Shown in pieces: positions 13,866 to 24,896 of a stretch of 64,000 nucleotides of DNA. The DNA is from Takakia lepidozioides (Eukaryota; Plantae; Bryophyta), in contig CM060734.1 in the NCBI GenBank assembly GCA_030704615.1, forward strand, positions 57,908,001 to 57,972,000, in the 5' to 3' direction. A program made the position numbers and the translations under genes. The notes beneath the pieces are model-generated. The model did not search any database. It saw only the letters and a program-made list of their open reading frames with translations, and was not told the DNA's origin. How positions within the stretch are numbered: the stretch's first letter is position 1; each line of letters opens with the position of its first letter.

Positions 13866-15399
13866 TCGCCGACCTGAAGACCACATTGTGAAGGAGGTAC
13901 ATGTTACATCTTTAAGTAGAGAAGAGGCCATAGATGGCTTTGTCAAGGCGTCCTTGCTGCTGACCTCGGATATTGTTGTGCCTCCGAAACCCGCACCTGT
14001 TCCATGCCCAGGACTCACCTATCTAATGAAGTACGGCTTGTTGCCCGAGGGATTCCCTTCTCCGGATGATGCTTCTTTCTCGGACCGCCTTGTTGCACTT
14101 ATTGGGAAATTCGAGTTTTCAGACCAAATGATAGGCACTGCCTTTGGTCAATGGTGGCTTAAGGCACGGGTACGTACACCTTCTTTCTGGCCTGCACCTT
14201 CTTTTACATGTTCCCTTCCTTCATGATGCGTGCCTCTACAATTTGTTTGAAGTTTCGAGCTGTAGTAAGTTTACTATGACTGCTGAAAAGAAACCTTGCA
14301 TCTCCCGGGGGGGGAGGTAGCCTATACTATATGCGCACACAAATGCATGCATATGTAGGAATGTATGCGTGCATACAAATTTTAGATATGCATAGGATCA
14401 ATTTTATATGCACAACACTTAAATAAGGGTACCCAAAAACAAAAAAAAAATTGTGATTCATCTAATCTTAGGATCCATAGTCAAAATATCAAAAGGATAG
14501 AATAAGAATATTCTATATAAAATATTCCATATTCATTGTGTTATTATTCCACATGGGTGAGTGTAGGAATGGGAGATGAACATGTTGCTTTTGTGGCTTT
14601 CCAACATGAGAAAAAAGGTCGAAAAATAAAAAAGTGACGAGGCACGGCTCCTTGTTAGATACAAATGGTGAAGGTACGGGCTCTTCCAATGGTGGGAGTC
14701 TAGTTTGAAGTTCAGAATGGAGCAATGCTCAAGGAATGCTAGTGAGCTTGACAATGTGATGGAGATGGTCCGCCTATGCATTTGGGTAGTAAATGGCGAT
14801 GGCCCGCAAGGGAATTTAATTTTACAAAAAAGACTATTGATTGGTAATCGAACCCGCAATCTCATAACTTAAAAAACACAATCCCTACCAAACCACCATC
14901 CATTTAATCTTGTTACATAGGTTTTGCAGTATCTATATATCTATCTTCTGAAACACTTTTACTAGGGCTTCGCGTTGCTTCGCACTATTAGCGACGAATT
15001 CTGAGAACTACGTTCAATTTCCACAAGGGCGGGGTCATCCGCATGGTGTTACATACACACATCCCGTGTTTCATTGTTTCGCGCAAGAAGAATGACGGAG
15101 TGTTGCTGAAGCTATCATGTCACGTCCCCGCCTTTGATTGTTTGATGCAGATAAAATTATTCATCCATGGAGGCTTTGTTTGAACTATACGACATATTTG
15201 CTACCATAGGCACCCAATGATGTGTTCAATGTGACTTTTATGACAAAATAGTTATTTTTTTAAATTTTATTTTAAGGGAAACACCTACGTGTGACAGCTC
15301 ACAAATCACGCCCCTTGATAGTGAGAGGAGAAAATAACCTCAAACCTCGCCATGAAGGCTTTTAGATGGGACACTGCCCAAGGGCAGTGGGAGAAGAGT

Positions 15400-15489
15400 A
15401 GGAGAAGAGCATACCACACCCGTCAAGTAGCAAGATTTGATCCCAGAATCATCTGGGTGGCATCAGTGCACTAACCAACTGTGCTACTG
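15400..15489 (-). mobile_element. tRNA-derived SINE-like remnant
   Basis: The minus strand reads AGTAGCACAGTTGGTTAG (A-box-like) ... GGGATCAAATC (B-box-like). No complete cloverleaf. Confidence 0.5.
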
Positions 15490-16119
15490 ACTCTTGGTAA
15501 TAGTTATTGTTTTGAGAATATGAAGTTGCCACTGGCACCCCAACAATTTTTCAAATCTCAATAAAGTCAATAATAATAATAATACCCTGACCCAGCGGGT
15601 AAATCTTTTCACAAAATTCAGGTTACCCTTAGGAAACCACCATACAAAGAGATTAGGCTTACATTGGAAGAAATCTGAGTACCACAGAAAGTTATGTGTG
15701 CTTATCATTTTTGTATATTTCGGATATGTTTGTAGGCATTGCCACAGCCTTTTGCAGTTTGCTGCTTGTTCTAATCTAAATTACAAAACAGCCTGTTAGA
15801 GCAGTGTTGCAATAATACTTTTGGAGTTGCACATGGAGAGAGTCAGTTGGTTCCTTTGGTTGAAGGAGGCATGATATGTTAGTTGCTCATTACCATATCA
15901 CAAGCATGTGCTTGATCACCTAAGTAGGTCAGGGTTTGTTACAGCCCAGCTAGAGTAACCTCTCCACTGGTGGCTGCACTGTGGCTCTATACAATTACCA
16001 TCTACTATGAGAATGCAACCACTAACCTTGAGAGTTGCCAATGCATCAGAGTATACGCTGGCAATCAGATTATGTAAGTAGCATTTAACGTACCCAAAAG
16101 TGCCCATCACACGCGTTGA

Positions 16120-19100
16120 TACATAGCCATGAACTCTGCAGGCACTAAGCATGGCCCTCCACACCCCAACATCTGGTTGCAACATGGACATCTTTACCTG
16201 TCTCCTGGGCACCCCAGGCTTGCACACAAATTGAGAACACAATTGAACGTGACCTTGTCTGGCATCACCCTTTCCCCCGTCATTTGCTCATAGATCTGAA
16301 GAGCCTCCCTGCCACTACCATGTTGAGGATATCCTGCCATCATGGTGTTCCATGCCACCACATCTTGTTGAGTCATTTTGTCAAAGGATAAGCGCATAGG
16401 ATAAGCATAGGATAAGCGGATCAAGCTCGCAAATTTCTGAAGGGGAAGTTGTCATTCAAGTTTGTTGAAGCCAAGATTGTCCGTCAATCTAAGCTGCGAA
16501 TACTGTTGAGCCTCTCCGTCGCTTAGTTCGTTCATGGCACACACTGAGCCTGATTCGATCCTGGCCCTATACATGCAGCCACCACACATCCAAAGGTTCT
16601 TGATGATGCTGATAGGCGTCCCAGAGGGTGTGCTTATCAGCCAAAAAGCAATGGCCAGCTTCTCACTGAGGTGGCAGAGAGAAAGTTCCTTTTGCTGCTC
16701 TTCCACGTCGTGCAATACAAAACGAGTGTCTGGTCCAGCATGTACTCGGTTTTCTCCATCTGCTCAGAGACTCTCTTCAGCTCAGCATGGATTTCCCCCA
16801 TTTGTGGATGCAGTTTGTCTTCTGCAACAAAGGTATGCACCCGGTTGTCCACCTCCATACAGCTGTGCCCTGGCTCCTTTCCTACACCTCTCTTGTGCAT
16901 CATTTTTCTGACCTTTGCTGTGTCAGCCCACCTGCCAGCTGTATCATAGATGTTTGATAGGAGTACATAAGTTGCAAAGTGTTGTGGATCGCACTTGAGA
17001 ATGCATGTCGTTGCATGCTCTGCTTGCTCCACATTGCCATGAATTCTACATGCACCAAGCCAGGCACCCCACACCATAGCATCTGGTTTAATTGGCATCT
17101 TACTAACTCTGCCTCATCCAATCGCCCTGCACGGCCAAGAAAGTCCAGCATGCAGCCAAAGTGCTCCAGGGTAGGAGTGAGACTATGGTCTTGACTAATG
17201 GAAACAAAGTAGTGAAAGCCTTCATCCACTAGGTCCACATGGCTACATGCAGACAAAACACATATAAAGGTGATACCATTTTTATTCAAGTCCTCCAGTC
17301 TCATGTGTTCAAATAGTTGCCTAGCCTCCCTACCCCATACTGGGCATATCCTGCAATCATCGCATTCCATGAGACCAAATCTCATTCGCACTTGGCATAC
17401 ATGTTCACAAGTGCAGTCTCGAGAAATATATCTGAGGCAATTCCAGCTTCTATAATGTCAGCATACACCTCTTTCCCTTTCCCAGGGCTGCCAGGCTGGC
17501 ACAAACTTGAGCACACAGATGAATGTGACCTTGTCGGGCATCAGCCTTTTCCCTCGCATTTTCTCATACATCTCGAAAGCCTCCTTACTGAAAACATGCT
17601 AAGCATATCCTGCAATCATTGTGTTCCATGAGACCAAATCTTGTTCAGCCATGTTGCCAAACACTTGGCACGCATCCTTCAGGCTCCCGCATTTAGCATA
17701 CATGTTCACTAAGGTATTCTCCAAATTAATATATGACCCAGTTCCAGTTTTGAGAACGTCAGCATGAACCCTTTTGCCCTTTTTCAAGGCACATACATTG
17801 AGAATGCAAATGAAGGTGACCAAATCAGGGGTCACCCCTGCCTGTAGCATTTGCTCATAGATCTCAAAAGCTTCCTTACCAAACCCATGCTGAGCATATC
17901 CTGCAATCATCGCACTCCAGAACAAATCCCATCTTCAAAGTGGTGAAAGCGGTTAGCGTCCCATACAAAAATTGCTCGGCCAACAATCTTTGAGATGAAT
18001 TTGGTGGAGGTGTGGCAGTCACCATACACTCGGCTTCTCACTGTGGTGGCAAAGAGAAAACTCCTTTTCCTCCTCCCCCATTTCGCAATACAAAGCGCGT
18101 GTCAGGCACATACCCCGCCTCCTTCATCTGCCTAGACAATCTTCTCAGCTCAGCATGGATTTCCTTAATTCTGGGATGCAACTTGTCATCTACAATGAGG
18201 GTGTGCACCCTGTTGCCAACCTCAATGCAACAACGATCTGGCTCCTGGCTCCTTTCTAACCCCTCTGACCTTGATCATTCTTCTCACCTTTGTAGCATCA
18301 TCCCTCTTGCCAGCTGCGGCATAGATGTTTGATAGCAACACATAAGTCGCGCCATCCTGTTCATCCCACTAGAGAATAGATGTTGCCGCACGTTCAGCCA
18401 TCTCCACATTGCCATGGATTCTGCAGGCACCAAGCAAGGCCTTCCACACCATAGCATCTGGATTTCAGTAGGCCAGTGTGGCTGCATGCAGAGAGAACAC
18501 ATATAAAGGTGATACTGTCTGGCTTCAAGCCTTTCTTTTGCATTCCTTCAAATAGTTGCAGGACCTCCCTATGACAACCATGCTGGGCATATCCTGCGAT
18601 CATCGCATTCCACGACACCACATTTCATTAAGCCATATTGTCAAATACTCACTTTGCATCCTCACTACACCCACATTTCACATACATGTCCACCAGGGTA
18701 GCGTCCAGAATGACATTTGGTACAGTTCCAGCTTTGATGATGTCACCATGGCGCACCTCTTTGCTGGAACGCCACGGAACGCCATGCATCCATGCCTCCA
18801 TGGAACGCCATGCTCTGCCAGGCTTGCAAACGCACACAAACATGATATGGTCGGGCTTCACCCCTTCCCCCAGGCCTCCATCCCACGCTCCTGCTGTGCA
18901 TATCCTGCAAGCATGGCGTTCCATGACACCAAATCTCATTCAGCCATATTGTTGAATACTCCCTCCACATCCCCAACGCTCCCACATTTGGCATACATGT
19001 CTACGAGGGTATTGTTCATAATCACATCTGGTACAATTCCAGCTTTGGCGATGCAACCATGCACCTCTTTGCCCTTTTCTAGGGTTGCCAGGCTTGCACA

Positions 19101-20125
19101 CGCAGTGCAAACGCACACAAACGTGATGTGGTCGGGCTTCACCCCTTCGCACATCATTCCAAGGTCTCCCTCCCGCGCCCCTGCTGTGCATATCCTGCAG
19201 CATTGAGTTCCATGACACCACATCTCGTTCAGCCATAGTCTTGAAAACTCCCTTCGCATCCTTAATGCACCCACATTTGGCATACATGTCCACCAGGGCA
19301 GTGTTCAGGATGATATCTGGTACAATTCTAGCTTTGACGATGTCGCCATGGACCTCTTTCCCCTTTTCCAGAGCTGCCAGGCTTGCACACACGCTGCAAA
19401 CACAAACAAATGTGATGTGGTTGGGCTTCACCCCTTCGCACATCATTTGCTTATAGGTCTGCAAAGCCTCCATCCCGCACCCTTGCTGTGCATATCATGC
19501 AATCATCGCACTCCACAACACCACATCTCGTTCAGCCATACCGTCGAACACCCCCTTGGCATCCTTAATGCACCCACATTTGACATACATGTCCACCAGG
19601 GCAGTGTTTAGCATGACACCGGGTACAATTCCAGATTTGACGATGCAACCATGGACCTCTTTGCACTTTTCCAGGCTGCCAGGCTTGCACACGCATTGCA
19701 AACGCACACAAACATGATGTGGTTGAGCTTCACCCCTTCCCCCATCATTTGCTGATAGGTCTCTAAAGCCCCATCCTGCGCCTCTGCTGTGCACACCCTG
19801 CAAGCATCGCGTTCCACGACACCACATCTCGTTCAGCCATAGGTTGAACACTCCCTTGGCATCCTCAATGCTCCCACATTTGGCATACATGTCCACCAGA
19901 GCAGTGTTCAGGATGACATCTGGTACAATTGATGATGTCACCATGGATCTCTTTGCCAGGGCTGTCAGACGCACTGCAAACGCACACAAACGTTATGTGG
20001 GCGGTTTCACCCCTTTCCCCATCATTTGCTCATAGGTCTCCAAAGCCTCCATCCCACACCCCTGTTGTGGATACCCTGCAAACATCACAATCCACGATAC
20101 CACATCTCGTTCAGCCATAGTGTTC
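16120..20125 (-). pseudogene. Cluster of scrambled PLS/E/DYW PPR pseudogenes
   Basis: Many motifs such as NTALVDMYAKCG, ERDVVSWN and GVKPNHITFVCV. E-domain [19 protein letters not shown] remnants SEKLAIAFWLISTPSGTPISIIKNL (~16575-16720) and [16 protein letters not shown]...NRFHHFEDG (~17930-18030). Frameshifts and stops throughout. Confidence 0.9.
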
Positions 20126-21548
20126 AGAATGACAGAAAATCTGACAGGCATTCACCTTTTTGCCTCGGTTGTCCCACCATTGACTGGGGTCAGAAAAGTA
20201 TTCATTCCACAACTTCTCATCATCTCTGTTACCTCTTTTAGGATACTTTCCTGTTGTCAATTGGGAGTATCATGTCAAAGTCACTCCAAACTATCAAAGA
20301 TTCACTCAACTAGCTAACTTGCAGAATTCAATATGGAAATTTAGGGCCAATTCTGATAAGAGGGAAAAACAGGGTGAAATGTGTTGAAGAAGGTGCCTTC
20401 ATTAGCAACGCTTGATTTTATCAATTGTGCCGCTGCTGCTGCGGCTTCCGAGCACTGCCACACAAGAGGTGTGGTATCCAATGGCGACAACTGAGGTGGT
20501 CCTGGTGCAATCACTGCACTCTCCTCCTCTCCTGACGGTACAAAGGCCTCTACCCAGGCTTGTTGCACCCGTCTATCAGCAGCCTGCTACAAATCCTTGC
20601 TCGTACCCCACAATGGAGTGTGAGCAACCATGGTAGACAACTCCGCCGTACCATGCATGTCATCCTGCTCTGCTGGAGGTGACACATCTTCTGCATGGGC
20701 ATTGCCCTCCAACAACTCTCCAGGCCAACTAACTGCAGCTATGAAGGCTGCTAGTGTTGGCATCTTGCCCCGCTGGGCAGCAGCAACACCCCCAATGATT
20801 GTTACAGGGAGTTGTACACGACGACCATCCCCTAACTGCCATCCAGGCCTGTAGGATGCTGACTCCTCCCAAAAATCCAGGGTGAAGCCCATGGGATACA
20901 ACACTCTACCCATGTAGGTTTCTTGTAGGTAATCATAGGTAATCTGGAGCTTGAAATCTGGCCCTCTTGGATGAATCTGGACCCACAGTCTATCGCTGCT
21001 CCTTCAACTATCCATGCCTCTGCACAAATCATGCATGCATCTTTGCCTTGCTGCTAGCAGCTGACAGCCTGGAATTGTTCAAGCAAACACCCCAACCCTA
21101 CTTATCACATTAGTTCTTATATTCTTGTAGCTATTGATCCACAGGGAATCATAGGTAATCTTGTGCTTGAAATCTGGCATCCAAGAGCTAAGGTTGACTC
21201 CTGTAATTACAGATCCAGAGGTGGTAGAGGCTGACCTGTAAGCCAAGTAGCCTGATTGGTCTTGGTTGTCCAGGATTGATGCAGTCAGGCCCAGCTGGCT
21301 CCACAAATGCCTTATTGGCAAGCCCATACCCTATTGGATCTGGATGCTGTAACACGTCACCTTCTGGAGGTGAGAAAACTACCCAAAATGACAATTCTTT
21401 CTGAGACTTATGCATTGTAGGTGATGCCGAGTCATTTCCTGAACCCAAATTGACGGAAACCCTATCACTAAGCATTCTTTCTCTGCATCAAAATGGGAGT
21501 CTTGAAATGCTGATAGCTCAAGGAGGATTGACATGAGGATCCGACATA

Positions 21549-21614
21549 GAGAGAGAGAGAGAGAGAGAGAATGTACTCATAAGACTTTGTTTGCCGACCT
21601 TGTGGCCATAGACC
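21549..21614 (-). mobile_element. Very short 3' tail of the same LINE family, with (CT)n tail
   Basis: The reverse complement GGTCTATGGCCACAAGGTCGGCAAACAAAGTCTTATGAGTACATT(CT)n matches 9852-9919. Confidence 0.7.
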
Positions 21615-22686
21615 TTGTGGCAATAAACTCTTCAGCTTGAGATCTTCCCTGAATTCAAAAAGAGAAAAAGAGACCTTCATAATGCTCATGGCATAGTTGA
21701 AATTGGCGCCCTGCCGAACTACAAAAACGACTCCTTGAGAAATTCTGGGATGTCCTTTTCTCCCTACGCCGCTTGCCACGGCGCATCATCCGCAAACTCC
21801 TTTACCACTCTGGGAGCCATTCTCCTAGATTACGAGTAACTGCGTCTATTTAAGAAAATATTATACTCTCTCAGACATCATGAAGAATACCAAATCATGG
21901 TACTAAGAGCCCACATTTACAGGATGAACAAATTTCTTCACATCGTACATTAAGAAAAAACCACACCTTGTGATTGCAGTTGTCCCAGCCGTGAGAGCTC
22001 CTATGGTGTACTCATAATCTGCACATGTGTCCATCATGCCCAAGTGTGAAACCCCTCCTGTAGTTCAAGAAGGTCGAGAACCGGGCATTACGGGCAATTC
22101 CGAAAAACTTGGCGCGACAATGTCTACTGGCGTTTCTCGAGCGGGCGGTCCGGGCAGACTCGACAAAAATTGACGACGAAACGTGGCGACGATGAGGTGG
22201 CACTATGGCATCCTATTCCTGCTCTACGCTAAACTAGCTTCCGACCTTCTGTCATTGCTAGAATTTTACAAAAACATAATGTCCACCAGAGATGGAACCC
22301 ACAACCTATCGGGTATCAAGCCTAGTTCATACTACTATACTACCCATTCAGACTTGAAACACTAATGAAATGAAACACTAATGAGATAAAGATAGTCACC
22401 CTGTGTGTACATAACATGCCACAATACTCATAAGGGTTGATCTTACTAGCATGTCGGACTCGCATTCCGGTAAAGGGATCTATGAAATGCAGTAGAGATC
22501 TATGTACAAACTATTACATAGATAAATCAAATGAGAGGAAGATAACATGAAATCTGATTTCAACACCATGTCATTTGCCCCATTTGTTTTACCTTACACT
22601 AGAGAGAAAGACATGTATCATAAAAAATGACCAAAAATTCGGACTGGCAATGAGGACAATGTATTGTATATGTAATTTCTAATTAC

Positions 22687-24425
22687 CTACACAACATCAT
22701 CAGCTGATACTTCATCATCCGTGTCATAAGCCTGTGATTCAGAGGCATACACATCCATGAAAGCTTCAACTCTACGCAACCTATCCACGGATTGTCCAAC
22801 AGCAACTGCTCTTCGGTCAAACAACAGATCATTGGAAAGACCTACATCACGTTGTTGATGTATTGAATGCAAAGCTTGGGACTCGGCATACGAAGGTAGA
22901 TAAAACGATGAAAGAGGACTTTGGGGCAGACTGTCGTAGATGGTCCGCACAATCCCATGCATCACTGCATCACACATACATATATACTTATGTTAACAAA
23001 TCAAATGGGAATGGTTTGCTTTGCAAATAATATAGAGATTGCAACAAGGGAATGGAGGCGAGATATACTCACTAGGAAGTACTGCCGAGATGAAGACCAA
23101 GCATGCGCGCCACCTTGGGAGCGGGAGGTTCCAACAAACTCACAGGACGTTGAATGGTTGGAATTACCACAGATGAAACCAAAACAGGTCGAGTATTTTG
23201 AAGTGCAGAGAGACGTGCTGCATACAACGTCTGGTCCCCCTCAAGACCAAATACGTGACGTCCAGACTCACAGGCAGCAATAAATGTAGAACCTGCAGGA
23301 AAAAACATGCAATGGTGATATTATATCGGATAACAGTTAATGATCATGAATCAACTCAGAAGAGTTTAATTACAAAATGGAGACCAGTGCAAACATGTGC
23401 CAGCTGTGAGATCCAAAATGCGGGAGCCAGGAGGTGAGCATATCTCCAACAACACTTGCATGAAGGCGGGACTACGGTCTCGCGCACCCCTCCAAGCTTG
23501 TTGAGGAGTTTATATGGGCAGTGCAGCATCTGGAATGTGGTTGTAGATGACATCGAACTCAACAGGGTCTGCAAGGGGGTCCATAACTTTGCCAGACTCA
23601 CGCAGTTTGAATAGTCCTCTTTGCTTGATGAGGACATGGGCGTGGAAGAACATGGTATGTTAGACGTGCCATTTCCACAAAAACAGTGCACCCGGATGGT
23701 TTAATAATATGTGAGAGTAGGAAGATGAAACATCAAACAATGAGATATTGAAGATGTATGATTTTTACATTTCCTGTCTGAGTGTGTAGAGGGGTGGTAT
23801 TGATGCAAGTATATTTCCTTGATAACACGGAAACAGAGCTGCCCCTGGAGTAAGAAAAGATCTCCAATGCAAAGGAATCATTGGAGCCTTGCAAGAACAC
23901 CAAGCATCCATTGTCATCCAACAGGTCATTAGCATACTCCCAATACCGTTTATCAAAAGCATTTCAGGGAGGAACCTGTACACCATCCAAACAGCCTTGT
24001 ACAGACATTCCTGTCGAGCAGTCCACGATGATCATGTCCACAGCCACAAGCACATTTTTTCCATCCACAACACTAGACCAAGTTCCTGGCAACTGCAAAC
24101 AACATACAGAAAATGTAGGAGTCAATAGTCGGATGATGAGGATGTAAAAACATCGAAGAATTCCTTACATTCAAATTTGTTTGTTGGGGGAAACTCACAT
24201 TTTTTAAGAACTCTATGAGCTCTTTCAAGGTCGCATCAGGAGATGTACTTGAGGCCTCCACCATATCAATGAAATGAGTAGGCATGATCTTCATGCGATA
24301 CATGCTCGGTGCACCACCGGAAAATGACATTGCACTGTAAGGTTGTTCGCCTGCCTTTGGCTTGTTTCCTCGAGTATTAGGTGCAGGCACTACAACCAAC
24401 TGATTTGAAGGATGTGAAGAACTAC
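22687..24425 (-). pseudogene. 3' half of a divergent ParB-MTase-type TE gene: beta-class amino-methyltransferase-like domain, multi-exon, inactivated
   Basis: Spliced translation: ...QPYSAMSF...MKIMPTHFIDMVEA...LIEFLKN | LPGTW...VDMIIVDCSTG...VPP*NAFDKRYWEYANDLLDDNGCLVFLQ | TMFFHAHVLIK...AWRGARDRSPAFMQVLLEICSPPGSRILDLTAGT | GSTFIAACESGRHVFGLEGD | final exon SPLSSFYLPSYAE. It aligns exon for exon with 59923-61500. Confidence 0.75.
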
Positions 24426-24429
24426 CAAT

Positions 24430-24670
24430 AGGATGGGCGTGACTTCCGCGTGACTTCCGCGTGAGCTCACACCAGCTGATGTGGCGTGAGCGTGGGGTCG
24501 CGCTAACGTGGCGTGAGCGTGAGGCTGACATGGCGTGGGCCTGCTGACGTGTCAGTATCCGGCTGACGTGGCAGTCGTCAGAATAACATGGCATCTGGAC
24601 AACTTGCCAGATGTCATGTCATCAGAAACATGTAGCACCTATAGCCGAGGGGCCTATAGCCGTGGCATTC
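24430..24670. repeat. Putative terminal/subterminal region rich in ACGTGG and GCGTGAGC motifs
   Basis: Contains (GCGTGACTTCC)x2, GTGGCGTGAGCGTG x2, CTGACGTGG and CCTATAGCCG x2. The same motif set recurs at 58742-58960. Confidence 0.5.
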
Positions 24671-24896
24671 ATTCATGCAAAACACCAGAAATTAAAATGC
24701 AGAAACGACTTGTGAAAGCATTTGCATCCATTCCATTTATTTTCGAACGACTACACACAAGAAAAAAATGGCACACATTGCACAACATAATTGGAGGCTG
24801 CATTGGCATCAAATATATGAAGTGACATCAAGTTCAAGTTTCAACTCTTGTGAAATCCAGTAATGGAATTTGCAGATGACCAAAGTGAAGAGGATG

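Noticed and set aside
14955-14995. Helitron 3' end (CTAG plus hairpin on the minus strand)
   Set aside because: The hairpin is weak, and no 5' TC end or Rep/helicase sequence was found.
20340-21480. ORFs of 75-108 aa between PPR leader fragments
   Set aside because: They look like captured coding fragments but could not be assigned to any family.
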